64,000 bases of DNA from Gemmatimonadota bacterium (GCA_039588295.1 JBDHAB010000001.1:192001-256000), one strand, 5' to 3'. Shown: positions 9,447 through 20,174, counted from the first letter of the stretch. Numbers and translations are program-made. The notes: generated by a model not told the origin, from the letters alone.

Positions 9447-10841
9447 CTACCGAATGCCAGCCATGTAGTGCAGTACGTCGTACCGCGTGATGATACCGAT
9501 GAGCGCCCCCTGCTTGGTTACCAGTACGGCAGGGGTCTCGCGCGACAACAGCTCTGCGAGGCGCTCGAACGGAAGGTCGCCGTCGACCACGGGGTACGGT
9601 TCCTCCATGACCTCGCGCACCTGTCGTTCGAGCACGGCGGGTTGGGCGATGGCTCGAGCCATGAGGTCGCCTTCACTGACCGCCCCAACGCACGCCGTGC
9701 CCTCGACGATCGGCAGTTGGGAAACCGCGTACGTTTCCATGAGGTTGAGGGCCTGGCGCACGGTCTGGGCGGGGTCGACCGTGATCAACTCCGGGCTCGT
9801 CTCTGGCTTTGTGCCAAGTAACTCCAACGCTGCCAAGCGTTGCGGATCGAGCATTTGGTTTTCCCGCAACCATTCTTCGTCGTACACCTTGGACAGATAG
9901 CGCTCACCGGTGTCGCAGAGAATGGCGACGACATATGCGTTTGCATCGTCAAGCTGTTGGGCGATTCGGAGTGCGGCGGACACGATGAGCCCCGTGGAGC
10001 CGCCCACGAACAGGCCTTCCTCACGAGTAATACGGCGCGCCATGTGGAAGGCTTCCTTGTCGCTGACGGTCAGGAAATCGTCGAGATAGTCGAAGTGGAG
10101 AGTGTCAGGAATCTTGTCCCCGCCAATCCCTTCGACTTTGTAAGGGTGCCCGTCGGCCAAGTGGCCGGTGCGGGCGTACTCGCCGAAGATTGAACCCTCC
10201 GGCTCGGCAACGATGATCTGAACCTCGGGGTTCTGCTCTTTGAGGTATCGGCCGGCGCCGCTCAGGGTCCCGCCCGTACCGGCGCCGCCGACGAGGTGCG
10301 TGATCCGGCCTTCCGTCTGTGTCCAGAGCTCAGGTCCGGTTGTCTGATAATGAGCCTCTGGGTTGATCTGGTTGTAGAACTGATTCGCCAACACGGCGTT
10401 CGGTGTATGCTCAGCGATCGCCTTTGCCTTCATCACATAGTTCTCCGGGTGGTCCGGAGGAACGGCCGTCGGTGTGATGACGACTTCGGCCCCGAACGCC
10501 CGGAGCAGGCGGACCTTCTCCTGCGACATCTTGTCCGGCATGGTGAAGATGCAGCGGTATCCCTTGAGCGCTGCCGCCAGTGCCAGTCCGACACCCGTGT
10601 TGCCCGACGTGCCTTCGACGATCACACCGCCGGGCTTGAGCAGGCCGCGACGTTCCGCGTCCTCAATGATGACGATGCCAATTCGATCCTTGACAGAGCC
10701 ACCCGGATTGAAGAATTCGGCCTTGCCGAATACGGGTGTGCGAATGCCGGCGGTGACGCAGTTGAGGCGGATCAGCGGAGTCCAGCCGACCGTTTCGAGG
10801 ACGTTCGCATACACCCGACGGTGCCGTTCAGACACGTTCAT
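9447..10841 (-). CDS. Cystathionine beta-synthase (PLP enzyme with C-terminal CBS pair)
   Basis: NPGGSVKDR, TSGNTG, GTGGT, ERYLSK; C-terminal CBS domains. Confidence 0.9.
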   Translation of the reverse strand: MNVSERHRRVYANVLETVGWTPLIRLNCVTAGIRTPVFGKAEFFNPGGSVKDRIGIVIIEDAERRGLLKPGGVIVEGTSGNTGVGLALAAALKGYRCIFTMPDKMSQEKVRLLRAFGAEVVITPTAVPPDHPENYVMKAKAIAEHTPNAVLANQFYNQINPEAHYQTTGPELWTQTEGRITHLVGGAGTGGTLSGAGRYLKEQNPEVQIIVAEPEGSIFGEYARTGHLADGHPYKVEGIGGDKIPDTLHFDYLDDFLTVSDKEAFHMARRITREEGLFVGGSTGLIVSAALRIAQQLDDANAYVVAILCDTGERYLSKVYDEEWLRENQMLDPQRLAALELLGTKPETSPELITVDPAQTVRQALNLMETYAVSQLPIVEGTACVGAVSEGDLMARAIAQPAVLERQVREVMEEPYPVVDGDLPFERLAELLSRETPAVLVTKQGALIGIITRYDVLHYMAGIR

Positions 10842-11233
10842 CCTCCTTGTGGCGAACCATCGGGAATGCGGAACTGGATTGGCTGGAGGAATGCGGTAGC
10901 GACGGTGGCTCCATCACGCTTCGCCGGGGCGAAGCGCATGGCAGCAACCCCGGCGAGGGCGGCCGAGTCCAGCGCCCCGGAGCCACTTCCCTCGGCAAGC
11001 TGCGTGGAATCGGGAACGATCACGCCCTGTTCGGTGACGTAAAGTCGCAACACCACGGTCCCCTCCACGCCGTCATCAAAGAGGGCCGGCGGATACGCAA
11101 CCGGAGACTGAGCGTTCGTTGCCACCGGTGGCTGAAAACCGCGTTCCGTCGGGCCGGACCCTTCACCAGGAGGTGCGCTGCCGTCGCCACACGCGAGCAG
11201 CGCGATCAGGACAACGAGGATTCCACTACGCAT
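10838..11233 (-). CDS. TonB C-terminal domain lipoprotein
   Basis: LLAC lipobox; YP..A...GVEGTVVL, SGSGALDSAAL and F.PA motifs. Confidence 0.8.
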   Translation of the reverse strand: MRSGILVVLIALLACGDGSAPPGEGSGPTERGFQPPVATNAQSPVAYPPALFDDGVEGTVVLRLYVTEQGVIVPDSTQLAEGSGSGALDSAALAGVAAMRFAPAKRDGATVATAFLQPIQFRIPDGSPQGG

Positions 11234-13833
11234 CAGGATCGCTCCGCTTGGCGCTTCAATTCGGCTAGACGGGTGAGGGCTTCGATTGGGGTCATGGCGT
11301 CGGGTTCCAGGGTCCGCAGCTCCTCGAGCAGCGGGTGCTCGGCCGGGTGGAACAACCCAAGTTGCTGGGCGTCCGATATCGGCGGGGCTTCGGCTCCCGC
11401 GAGATGATGCCCCGCTTCCAGCAGCGCCAGGATCGCCCACGCCCGCTCGACGACCTCAGGGGGGAGTCCGGCAAGGCGGCCGACATGGATGCCATACGAG
11501 CGGTCGGATCCCCCGGGTTCCAGGCGATGGAGAAAGATGATGTCGGCGCCCGATTCGCGGACGGCCACGTTGTAGTTGCGCGCGTGCTGAAGTTCTTCGG
11601 TGAGTTGCGTGAGTTCGTGGTAGTGTGTGGCGAAGATCGTCTTACAACCCACATGGTCGTGCAGACGCTCCGTGACCGCCCAGGCGATGGCCACGCCGTC
11701 GAACGTGGCGGTCCCGCGGCCGATCTCGTCCAGGAGCACGAGACTCCGCGACGTGGCGCCGTGGAGGATGGCGCTCGTTTCGTTCATCTCGACCATGAAC
11801 GTGGACTGACCACGCCCCAGACTGTCACTGGCGCCCACGCGGGTGAACACCCGATCGACCACGCCGACGGTCGCTGCGGTGGCAGGGACGAAGGAGCCCA
11901 TCTGGGCGAGGATCACGGCGTGTCCCGTCTGGCGTAACACGGTCGACTTCCCCGCCATGTTTGGTCCGGTGAGGAGTATGACCCGCGCCGCCTCGTCGAG
12001 CCGGATGTCATTGGGGATGAACTTTCCGGGGGGGAGCGTACGCTCGACGACGGGGTGCCGGCATTCCCTGAGCTCGAGACGCATGTCGTCGGTAATGTCG
12101 GGGCGCACGTACCGCTCGCGAGTCGCCGCTTCGGCCAGGGCAGCGTGAACGTCGAGCGCCGCCAAGATCCGGGATACGCGTTGGAGTCGCGGCACCCGGT
12201 CGGCGACGGACCGGCACAGCTCCTCAACCAAGTCGCGCTCACGCTCGAGAGCGCGTTCCTCGGCGCCCAGAACACGTGCCTCGTAGTCCTTGAGTTCCGG
12301 CGTGGCGTACCGCTCGGCATTGGTGAGCGTCTGGCGTCGCTCGTAGTGTTCGGGGACCGCATGCCGATGGGTCTTCGTGACCTCGATGTAGTACCCGAAC
12401 ACCTTGTTGTAGCCCACCTTGAGTGACGGAATACCTGTGCGTTCCCTCTCGGCCGCCTGGAGGCCGGCGATGTAGCGCTTGCCGCCGTCGCGGAGCTCGC
12501 GGGCGTCGTCCAGCTCGCGATCGGCGCCCGGTCGCACGGTGTCTCCGTCACCCAGGCTCGCGGGTAGCGCCTCCAACAACGTGCGCGCGAGCTGCTCACC
12601 GAGGTCGGGCAACAGATCGAACTCAGTGGCCATCCCTTCCAGCTCGGCGCTTACCTCTCGCGACGTCAGCCCGTCCAGAGCGTTCTTGACGTCCGGCAAC
12701 CGCTGGAGCGAGTCCCGTAGGCCACCGAGGTCTCGTGGCGTAGCACGCCGCGCCGCTGCTCTGCTGACGAGGCGCTCGACGTCGCGCACACCATCGAGTG
12801 CCTCGCGGAGCCGCTCCCGCCCGCGCTGGTCACCGGCCAGTATGTCGACGGCATCCAAGCGCGCGCGGATCTCCTCCGCGACACGCAATGGGGCAAGCAA
12901 CCGCTGCCGGAGGAGGCGCGCGCCCATGGGTGTGACGGTGCGGTCGATGATCTCAAGCAGCGTGACCTCGCGGTCGCCCGGCCGCAGGGGCTCGACGAGC
13001 TCGAGATTCCGGCGTGTCATTTCGTCGAGCGGCATCGTGTCGCCCGTTCGACGAATGACCGGCAGGGCAAGCTGTGGGAGCCCGGTCGGCTGCAGCTCCT
13101 TGGCGTATCGGAGGAGCGCGCCTGCCGCACCGATGGCTACGCGATCAGCGGCGGTCACGCCGAGACCGTCCAGCTCGCGCAGTCCAAAATGCCGAGCGAG
13201 GTCGTCGGCCGCCGCATCGGGATCGAAATCCCAGGGGTCTCTGGCCGTCACAACGAGCTCGCCGATGGCTGCCGGGAGCGCTGCAGTGTCCGGAAGGAGA
13301 ATCTCACGGGGGTCGTATCGTGAGAGGACCACGTCGAGCTCCGTCGCGTTCGTGACCTCGAGAAGGAACTCACCAGTGGACAGATCGAGGGCGGCGACGC
13401 CTGTGGGGCTTCCCTCGGTTATTGCGACCATGAAGTTGTTGCGCGAACCGTCCAGCCAGTCATGGGCGAGCACAGCACCGGGGCTGACGACCTCGACGAC
13501 CTCTCGTCGCACCACGCCCTTCGCATGCTTCGGGTCTTCGACTTGCTCGCAAATGGCAACGCGGTGTCCCCGTTCGACCAGACGCCTCAGGTACTCCGCC
13601 GCGGCCTTGACTGGGACACCCGCGAGTGGGACGTACGCCGCACCGCCGCTGTTGCGCGTTGTGAGCGTGATGCCCAGTTCCCGCGCTGCCAGCTTGGCGT
13701 CTTCGTTGAACATCTCGTAGAAGTCGCCCATGCGAAAGAACAGCACCGCATCCGCGTACCGCGCCTTGATGTCACGGTACTGGCGCATGAGCGGCGTGTC
13801 GGTGGGCGGATCCGAGCGTCGCGGTGGACTCAC
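11233..13833 (-). CDS. mutS: DNA mismatch repair protein MutS
   Basis: TPLMRQY, GDFYEMF, TGPNMAGKST, STFMVEM, DEIGRGT and ATHYHEL. Confidence 0.98.
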   Translation of the reverse strand: MSPPRRSDPPTDTPLMRQYRDIKARYADAVLFFRMGDFYEMFNEDAKLAARELGITLTTRNSGGAAYVPLAGVPVKAAAEYLRRLVERGHRVAICEQVEDPKHAKGVVRREVVEVVSPGAVLAHDWLDGSRNNFMVAITEGSPTGVAALDLSTGEFLLEVTNATELDVVLSRYDPREILLPDTAALPAAIGELVVTARDPWDFDPDAAADDLARHFGLRELDGLGVTAADRVAIGAAGALLRYAKELQPTGLPQLALPVIRRTGDTMPLDEMTRRNLELVEPLRPGDREVTLLEIIDRTVTPMGARLLRQRLLAPLRVAEEIRARLDAVDILAGDQRGRERLREALDGVRDVERLVSRAAARRATPRDLGGLRDSLQRLPDVKNALDGLTSREVSAELEGMATEFDLLPDLGEQLARTLLEALPASLGDGDTVRPGADRELDDARELRDGGKRYIAGLQAAERERTGIPSLKVGYNKVFGYYIEVTKTHRHAVPEHYERRQTLTNAERYATPELKDYEARVLGAEERALERERDLVEELCRSVADRVPRLQRVSRILAALDVHAALAEAATRERYVRPDITDDMRLELRECRHPVVERTLPPGKFIPNDIRLDEAARVILLTGPNMAGKSTVLRQTGHAVILAQMGSFVPATAATVGVVDRVFTRVGASDSLGRGQSTFMVEMNETSAILHGATSRSLVLLDEIGRGTATFDGVAIAWAVTERLHDHVGCKTIFATHYHELTQLTEELQHARNYNVAVRESGADIIFLHRLEPGGSDRSYGIHVGRLAGLPPEVVERAWAILALLEAGHHLAGAEAPPISDAQQLGLFHPAEHPLLEELRTLEPDAMTPIEALTRLAELKRQAERS

Positions 13834-14657
13834 CGCTCCTCCACGACAAACGCACTCCCGCCAAATCGGCGGCGCAGCTCGGCGGCAAGAGCCTGTGCCT
13901 CTTCACGCGCACGGTAGCGCCCCACGCGCACCTTGAGCAGGCCGTCAGTATCCTGGACGACGCGGGGCTGATACCCAGACGCGTGCAGGGTACGCATGAC
14001 TTCGTCTGCGGCGGCGGCGCTGCGGACGGCAGCGACCTGCACACTGTAGACGGTGGGGCCTGGTGGGGCTGGCGGTTCGCGCGCGGCCGCGTCTGCAGCA
14101 GCAGAATCACCGGCCAGACCGATGCCGGCGCAGCGCAGCAGATGATAGTCGGCGCGGTGCGCGAGTTCGACGTCCGCCGCAGCCTCCGCTCGCGCCTCCA
14201 AGAGCCGGCGGCAACCTTGGTCGGCCTGGCCCAGCTCGAGCTGCGCGCGGCCGACCCAAAACTTCGCTTCGGTGCGGATGTCGCTGAAGGGATAGTCGGT
14301 GAGGATGCGTTCGGCGGCGCGCAAGGCCCCGGCCACATCCCCCGATGCATAAGTGAGCTGGCCGAGGCGCAGCAAGGCCCGATCCGCCCACGCGGACCCC
14401 GCGTACTCGATGCTCACGCGGCGGAGGTAGTGCAGCGCGATGGCCAGGTCGTCGGAGACCACCCCCGCGGTGTACAGTGCTTCAGGGTAGAGCGAGTCGG
14501 CGGGCGACAGCTCTGCTAGCCGGCCTCGCACGAGGGCTCGCGCGGAATCCCCCTGGCCTTCGGTGGCCAATTGCACGGCGGAGGCGAGCAGTGAATCCTC
14601 CTGAGCCGAGAGGGGTGTGGCAACGAGGAGTCCGGCAAACAACACGATTCGCTTCAT
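13830..14657 (-). CDS. Secreted TPR and SPOR domain protein
   Basis: Signal peptide MKRIVLFAGLL, TPR-like repeats, C-terminal YSVQVAA...KVRVGRY SPOR pattern. Confidence 0.85.
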   Translation of the reverse strand: MKRIVLFAGLLVATPLSAQEDSLLASAVQLATEGQGDSARALVRGRLAELSPADSLYPEALYTAGVVSDDLAIALHYLRRVSIEYAGSAWADRALLRLGQLTYASGDVAGALRAAERILTDYPFSDIRTEAKFWVGRAQLELGQADQGCRRLLEARAEAAADVELAHRADYHLLRCAGIGLAGDSAAADAAAREPPAPPGPTVYSVQVAAVRSAAAADEVMRTLHASGYQPRVVQDTDGLLKVRVGRYRAREEAQALAAELRRRFGGSAFVVEER

Positions 14658-15703
14658 GCCGCCGCCTTTCGCGCGCTCATCGTGAGGAGCATCTCTGTGA
14701 GGATTCCCAGCTCGTCCGCGATCGTGGTTGATTTCAAGGCGCGATCGGCCGCGTAGGCGGCCTGGATCGCCGCGTCCAGGTCGTCGCCGGTCCATCGTCT
14801 GGCTGCGGCATGCCAGGCTGCCGCTTCCGTCTTCCAGCTACCGAGACCCATGGGTCGTGCAGCGCGGAGGTGACCCAATAGATCCTGCTCCGCTCGATGG
14901 TTGGGTACGTTCGTGTCTCGTAACGCATAGGCGAGCCGTACGCCGACAAGCGCCGTCCCCACCATCGTCACAAGCCGCACGCCATTTACGCCGACTGTCG
15001 ACAGCACGCGGGGAAGTTGGCCCAGCGCGCGCCCGTGCTGGCGGTCGACGACTGCGCGTACCCAATCGTGCGGGGTCTCGCCTCGCCCGATCCCGACGAA
15101 CTCCGCCACCCGTGCGGCGTCGACCGGGCCCTCGGCAGCGGCTGCCAGCTTCTCGAGTTCCATGCCGAGATGGCCCAGGTCGGCGCCAACCGCGTCGATG
15201 AGGTGGACGACGGCCTCCTCCTGCAACTCGACTCCTGCCCGCTCCGCTCGAGCGTTCACCCAGCGAATCAGTCGGTCCGGGCTCAGGGCGTCGACCGCGA
15301 TATGGGTCGTGTTGCGGGTCAACGTCGTGTCGGGTTTTTGGCCGGCGCCGTGCACCAATACGAGGATGGTCGACGGCGCCGGTGCGGCGAGATACTTCTG
15401 CAAGACCTGCCAGACTTTGCTGTTCTTCCTCCACAACTCGAGACTCTTGATGATGACGACACGCCGCTCGGCCAGCATGGGCGGTGTCTCGATCAGGGTG
15501 TGGAGCGCTTCGGCGTCGAGGTCGCTTGCCGTGCGGGTGTCGAGGTTGAAATCGCGCGTTGCGGGATCAACCGCCCGATCGACGAGCAACGTGACGAGCT
15601 CGTCTTTCAGGATGTCTTCGTCCCCCGTCAGGTAATACACCGGCGCGAACTCATCGCGTCGCATGTGACGGTATGCAGAGTCAAACGAAAGTGCCGCCGC
15701 CAT
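14654..15703 (-). CDS. holA: DNA polymerase III delta subunit
   Basis: PVYYLTGDE, DFNL, PMLAERRVVI and ELEKL patterns. Confidence 0.9.
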   Translation of the reverse strand: MAAALSFDSAYRHMRRDEFAPVYYLTGDEDILKDELVTLLVDRAVDPATRDFNLDTRTASDLDAEALHTLIETPPMLAERRVVIIKSLELWRKNSKVWQVLQKYLAAPAPSTILVLVHGAGQKPDTTLTRNTTHIAVDALSPDRLIRWVNARAERAGVELQEEAVVHLIDAVGADLGHLGMELEKLAAAAEGPVDAARVAEFVGIGRGETPHDWVRAVVDRQHGRALGQLPRVLSTVGVNGVRLVTMVGTALVGVRLAYALRDTNVPNHRAEQDLLGHLRAARPMGLGSWKTEAAAWHAAARRWTGDDLDAAIQAAYAADRALKSTTIADELGILTEMLLTMSARKAAA

Positions 15704-15755
15704 ACAGCGCGGAAGTTACAGGCGGACGGGGATCGGAGAAAGGCTCGCTGCCGAG

Positions 15756-16265
15756 CTAGGGGCCGACGGTGGCGCGCGTGAGAAAAGTCTGGTCGGCAGC
15801 TCCCGGCGTATGCCACTCGGCGGCGAAGGACGGCACCGTGAGGTCCGCGAAGCTCACGAACGGCACCCCGGCGTTGGCGACTACCGCCGGCAGCGAGGGT
15901 GGCGTTGGCGCCGCGACGGTGCTGGCTTCCCGAACGGCGTCACCCTTGCCTTCCCACAGGAGTAGGGCGAACGCGGTCGCAACCATCAGAGCCACCATGA
16001 GGCCAGCCGGTGCCGGCGTCACGGGCTCCTCGGCCACAGCCGGGGTTCGGGCCAACCGGGTGGTGAGATCCCGTCGAAACCTCGGCGACGGCTCCAGGTC
16101 GGTGAACGTCCGCAGTACCGTGACGCCCCGCGCGACCCGGGCATGGTACTGCATGCATCGCCGACACGTGAAGAGATGCTGCTGCATCTCGCGGAGGCGG
16201 TCGCGGTCGGCCAAGGTGCCGTCGCGGTAATCCGAGTAAAGCTCGAGAAAATCTGAACAGTGCAT
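15756..16265 (-). CDS. Zinc-binding anti-sigma factor (zf-HC2) with TM helix
   Basis: HLFTCRRC (HxxxCxxC), TM segment; downstream of an ECF sigma. Confidence 0.85.
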   Translation of the reverse strand: MHCSDFLELYSDYRDGTLADRDRLREMQQHLFTCRRCMQYHARVARGVTVLRTFTDLEPSPRFRRDLTTRLARTPAVAEEPVTPAPAGLMVALMVATAFALLLWEGKGDAVREASTVAAPTPPSLPAVVANAGVPFVSFADLTVPSFAAEWHTPGAADQTFLTRATVGP

Positions 16266-16404
16266 GTGTCGTCAGGCGGAACTCTAGCGTTTCTACCGGT
16301 GGGCCCTGCGGAAGTTCCCGCCACAGGAGGGACACACAGCGGGGCCGATGAGCACGGCGCTCTGCCGGCCCACCGGCCCCGGGGACGGTCTCTGCTGAGC
16401 GCCG

Positions 16405-17061
16405 CTAGTCCAGCAGCGGTCCGATGATCTGAGCGAACCGATTCCGGGCCCTGTTGAGGCGGCTCTTCACCGTTCCCAGGTTGCAGTTGGTGATGTCGGC
16501 GATCTCCTCATATGTCTTGCCTTCCAGCTCACGGAGCACGAACACCACTCGGTGGTGCTCCGGGAGCTGCGCAACCGAGCTCTCGACCAATTGCCGAAGG
16601 TGCCGCTTCCGATAGAGGTCTTCCGGCCGGAGGCTATGGTCTTCGAACTGGAGTGGTCGGTGGTCGGCCTCCCAGTTCTTCTTGATCGTTTGAAACAGCA
16701 CCAGTGGGCTGCGGCTCCGGTTACGCAATTCGTTCTTCGCGAGATTGGAGGCGATCGTGTAGATCCACGTTGAGAACTTCTTGCTTTGGTCAAACCGATG
16801 GAGATGCCGATGTACCCGGATGAACACCTCCTGAACGAGATCCTCGGATCGCTCCCGATCGCCGATCGTCCGGTAGACGAAGTTGAGTAGCCGTTTCTGG
16901 TAGCGCTCGACGAGTTCATCGAACGCACAATTTCTCCCGGCAAGGTACGCCGCGACCACGCGAGAATCGTCCAACTCGCGGAGCTCGTGTCGATCGAGGT
17001 GTGCCGCTTCCCGGGCCGTCGCGGGGTGCTCCCGCTGCCGGATTTTGACGCCTGCGGTCAT
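16405..17061 (-). CDS. ECF RNA polymerase sigma factor (RpoE-like)
   Basis: EDLVQEVF, FSTWIYTIA and YEEIA..GTVKSRLNRAR regions 2 and 4; start uncertain (17061 or 17097). Confidence 0.93.
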   Translation of the reverse strand: MTAGVKIRQREHPATAREAAHLDRHELRELDDSRVVAAYLAGRNCAFDELVERYQKRLLNFVYRTIGDRERSEDLVQEVFIRVHRHLHRFDQSKKFSTWIYTIASNLAKNELRNRSRSPLVLFQTIKKNWEADHRPLQFEDHSLRPEDLYRKRHLRQLVESSVAQLPEHHRVVFVLRELEGKTYEEIADITNCNLGTVKSRLNRARNRFAQIIGPLLD

Positions 17062-17293
17062 GTTCGAGTGCTCCCCGGTGCCCCTAAAACGGGACACCCT
17101 CAGTCGGACATACAGGGTTCGCTAGAGTGCCCTCCTTCCACTCGCCTGAAAAAGCACGATCCATACCTGCTCAGGTCTCGTCCTCATCTGAATGCGTAAG
17201 CCGTTTTATGTCAATATGTTACATGCATAACCCTCGTGCCCAGCCCGGGCTCCCGGTGTGGTCCAGGCTGTCCCCGCATGGGGACAGGGTGTG

Positions 17294-17851
17294 CTACATT
17301 CCGAGCCGAAAGCCGGCGGCGTAGAGGATCGCGACGATGGTCTTTCCGTCGACGATCTCCCCGTCCCGAATCATGCGCAGCACCTCGCTGAGCGGACGGG
17401 CCCTCACTTGGATAAACTCGTCCCGTTCGTGGTTTGGTTCCCCCACGGTAATCCCCGTGGCCACAAACAGGTGGATTCGCTCATCGGTGAACCCCGGGGT
17501 TGTGTAAACCGTGGTCAGGTACTCGACTTGGGCTGCCTCAGCCCCCGTCTCTTCGAGCAGCTCACGGCGGGCACAACTCTCGGGGTCCTCCCCGGGCTCG
17601 AGAACGCCGGCGGGCACCTCCCAAATCGTGGTCCCCGTTGCGTAGCGGTATTGCTCGAGGAGCAGCACACTCGGGTCCTCGCCCTGCGGGTCCGACAGCA
17701 GCGGGATCACTGCTGCGGCGCCTGGGTGCCGTACGACCTCGAGCTCGAACTCCCTCCCGTTCGAGGGGCGTACGGTGTCCAAATCGACCTTTACGAGTCG
17801 CCCGTCATAGACGCGACGGCTGCTCGTGCATTCCGGCGGGGTGTCCGGCAT
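17294..17851 (-). CDS. NUDIX hydrolase, ADP-ribose pyrophosphatase-like
   Basis: HPGAAAV, EVPAG..EPGE...CARRELLEETG Nudix box, TPGFTDE and IVDGKT. Confidence 0.9.
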   Translation of the reverse strand: MPDTPPECTSSRRVYDGRLVKVDLDTVRPSNGREFELEVVRHPGAAAVIPLLSDPQGEDPSVLLLEQYRYATGTTIWEVPAGVLEPGEDPESCARRELLEETGAEAAQVEYLTTVYTTPGFTDERIHLFVATGITVGEPNHERDEFIQVRARPLSEVLRMIRDGEIVDGKTIVAILYAAGFRLGM

Positions 17852-17947
17852 TTCCTCGCACCCTCCTACTATAGATTCTGAGAGACCCTCGACCGTTGCG
17901 TTGACGGTCGTGACCCTGCTGACGGGGCCTGGGTGAGCGTTGAGTGG

Positions 17948-18115
17948 TTATGCGCTGCGGGTGAAGATGATCAAGAGCCTGCCGCCGCCAACGTGGTGAA
18001 CGGTGTGTTCGGACCACCCCATGCGAGCCCGCTCGTTGAGGAGGTCGGTCAGTGATTCCTCGTCTTCACGGGCTTTCCCCTGCAGCCGAACGATCACGAC
18101 CTGGTATTCTTTCAT
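17948..18115 (-). CDS. Small hypothetical protein (DUF4177-like)
   Basis: MKEYQVV...LLNERARMGW...IIFTR resembles the EY-x-V...LN...GW...F-x-R pattern. Confidence 0.6.
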   Translation of the reverse strand: MKEYQVVIVRLQGKAREDEESLTDLLNERARMGWSEHTVHHVGGGRLLIIFTRSA

Positions 18116-18204
18116 TGAGCCCTCGGGACGTGCCTGGGTCACTGGGCGCCTCGCCACCAATCTTCGCACGCCGCGCGTAGAGGCGAAAGAGGGAGACGAA
18201 CGCC

Positions 18205-18711
18205 ATGAGCCCAAGATCGCCGGCGGACGAGCCGGGCACGTTCTTTCGGGTAGCTATTGGGACGGCGACGATTGGCATGCTGGTCACGGCGATCGCCGTG
18301 GGAGACAACCCGAGGCTCTATGCAGCCGCCGGTGCGTTCGGGGCGGTCTGGTGGGCGTGGGACCTGTTGGTCGCGCACGTATTCCTCCCGCTGGGGGACT
18401 GGATTCGCGATACCCTGATGGCCGGAGGCGTGGGGCTTGGAAACTCGGACCAGCGTCCGTCACTCGACGAGCTGATTGCGCTCCTGGAGGGTCACTTGCG
18501 CAGCGGCACCTCCGAGCAGGTCGATCTCAACGCAGCGATCCGGCTCGAGGAGATCTACCGGACGGTGAAGAAGGATCCGGAGCGTGCACGCGCGGTAATC
18601 GAGCTCGTGCGCCAGCGGTACCCGGATGCGCCGCAGCTCAAGCAGTTTGGACCGACCGACGGGGGCGGCGTGGGTGGAGAGGACCTGTTGGACGGTAGCG
18701 TGTCGGAGTGA
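18205..18711 (+). CDS. Hypothetical membrane protein
   Basis: Two hydrophobic segments followed by a TPR-like helical region; purine-rich GAGGGAG upstream. Confidence 0.7.
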   Translation: MSPRSPADEPGTFFRVAIGTATIGMLVTAIAVGDNPRLYAAAGAFGAVWWAWDLLVAHVFLPLGDWIRDTLMAGGVGLGNSDQRPSLDELIALLEGHLRSGTSEQVDLNAAIRLEEIYRTVKKDPERARAVIELVRQRYPDAPQLKQFGPTDGGGVGGEDLLDGSVSE

Positions 18712-18756
18712 GAGGGCTCCCGCCTCACCACGGTCTGTGTATGTTTCTGCCCTTCG

Positions 18757-18829
<73 letters not shown>

Positions 18830-18835
18830 TTGTGA

Positions 18836-18866
18836 GAGCCCCGGAAACGCGGGGCTTCTTCTTTCT
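18836..18866 (+). terminator. Intrinsic terminator after tRNA-Phe
   Basis: AGCCCCG-GAAACG-CGGGGCT hairpin followed by TCTTCTTT. Confidence 0.7.
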
Positions 18867-18905
18867 CGGAGATTCTGGTCAAGACCCGCCGGCCGCCTCA
18901 TGTCC

Positions 18906-19760
18906 CTACCGCGCCTGCGGCGTGCCGATCGCCGTGGCCAACTCCGCGGCGGCGTCTCGGTCGGCACGATGAAAGTTGAGACGAATCGTGCCGGGTTTGG
19001 TGGGCGGAACGCCCTCGATGAGCTTGATGTCGCTTACCTGCAACGTCAGATTGGCCCCGAAGACACCCCGTTTGAACCGTGCCAACGTGACCTCCGAGAG
19101 CGGGATGATCAAATCCTTGACACCGGAGCGCCACCCGCCGAAGAACGCATCTTTGATCTTGTCAACGGTGGCGGCCCAGCCCTTCTTCTCGTATTGGATC
19201 ACGAGGTCGGCACCATCGAGGCGCACCAGACCCTCGCATTCCGTCCCGTCCGGACTGTGAAACTTGAAGGCGACCTGCGGGGAGACTGCCGCTGGCGTGG
19301 GCGCCAGGTTCTCGACTGACAAAGACGTGGCCGCACCGGCCGCGTCGAAGTCGTCATCCATGATCTCGAACACGAGCGAGTATTCGGCATCCCGGGCGTA
19401 TTCGGGCCCGATCACCACCTCCCCGCGGAGCGACGTGTCGGCCAGACGACGCTCGGCCAACTGCGCCAATCGAAGCAGATCGTCGGAGCTTCCGTACACG
19501 CTCTCATCATCGATGCCGGGGCGCTCCCAGAGCCTGATCTGAAGATCGCCATACGGACCGAGCGGCAGAGGCTGGGCGTCAGGAGACGCCGCCGATGTCT
19601 TGACGTAACGCGCGACGAGTCGTGCGAATCCGATCAGCCCCGATCGCGACCCGCACAAGCGCCAGACCCGCCGGTCCGGGTCCAGTTCATGGTAGAAACC
19701 CAGACGACGCCACTCTTCACCGGTCACCGGCGTGATATCGCGCGGAGGAGTCTTCGTCAT
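18906..19760 (-). CDS. Hypothetical two-domain protein, sole cargo of the tRNA-Phe islet
   Basis: Long ORF; N-terminal EWRRLGFY...LGPYGDL domain and C-terminal beta-rich, possibly PH-like domain. Confidence 0.7.
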   Translation of the reverse strand: MTKTPPRDITPVTGEEWRRLGFYHELDPDRRVWRLCGSRSGLIGFARLVARYVKTSAASPDAQPLPLGPYGDLQIRLWERPGIDDESVYGSSDDLLRLAQLAERRLADTSLRGEVVIGPEYARDAEYSLVFEIMDDDFDAAGAATSLSVENLAPTPAAVSPQVAFKFHSPDGTECEGLVRLDGADLVIQYEKKGWAATVDKIKDAFFGGWRSGVKDLIIPLSEVTLARFKRGVFGANLTLQVSDIKLIEGVPPTKPGTIRLNFHRADRDAAAELATAIGTPQAR

Positions 19761-20134
19761 TGCTCGCTGCCGCCCTCGGGCGAAGTTCGGTTGACGATCC
19801 CGAACGAGAGGTTCCCGACCGGGTTCGCAAAATAGGTTCTTCCGGGATTCCCGGGGAAGGCCGGTCGGTTGGCCACCGGAAACCGGGATGACCTTAGGGT
19901 ACTCCTCCGCCAACTCGGCCTCGGCGGCAACGCACAGCGAGCGGAGACCTGTCTTACGGCCCGTAGATGGGACCCATTGGACAGGCTCGAGACACCCCCT
20001 AGTCGCTCATGTGTGTAGAATGTGTGTGAACGGGGTCACCGGAGCGTATCAGGGACACGTTGAAGCCCCGGAGTGTTCCTTACTTCTGGGTCGGGGGATG
20101 TCCTGTGCACGGCAATTCCAAGTCTTGCGCGGCG

Positions 20135-20174
20135 TGAAAAGCCGCGGGTCGGCGGTTCAATTCCGTCCCTGGCC
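20135..20174 (+). repeat. Copy of the tRNA-Phe 3' half (att-like site)
   Basis: 38/40 identical to 18789-18828, starting at the anticodon loop. Confidence 0.92.
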
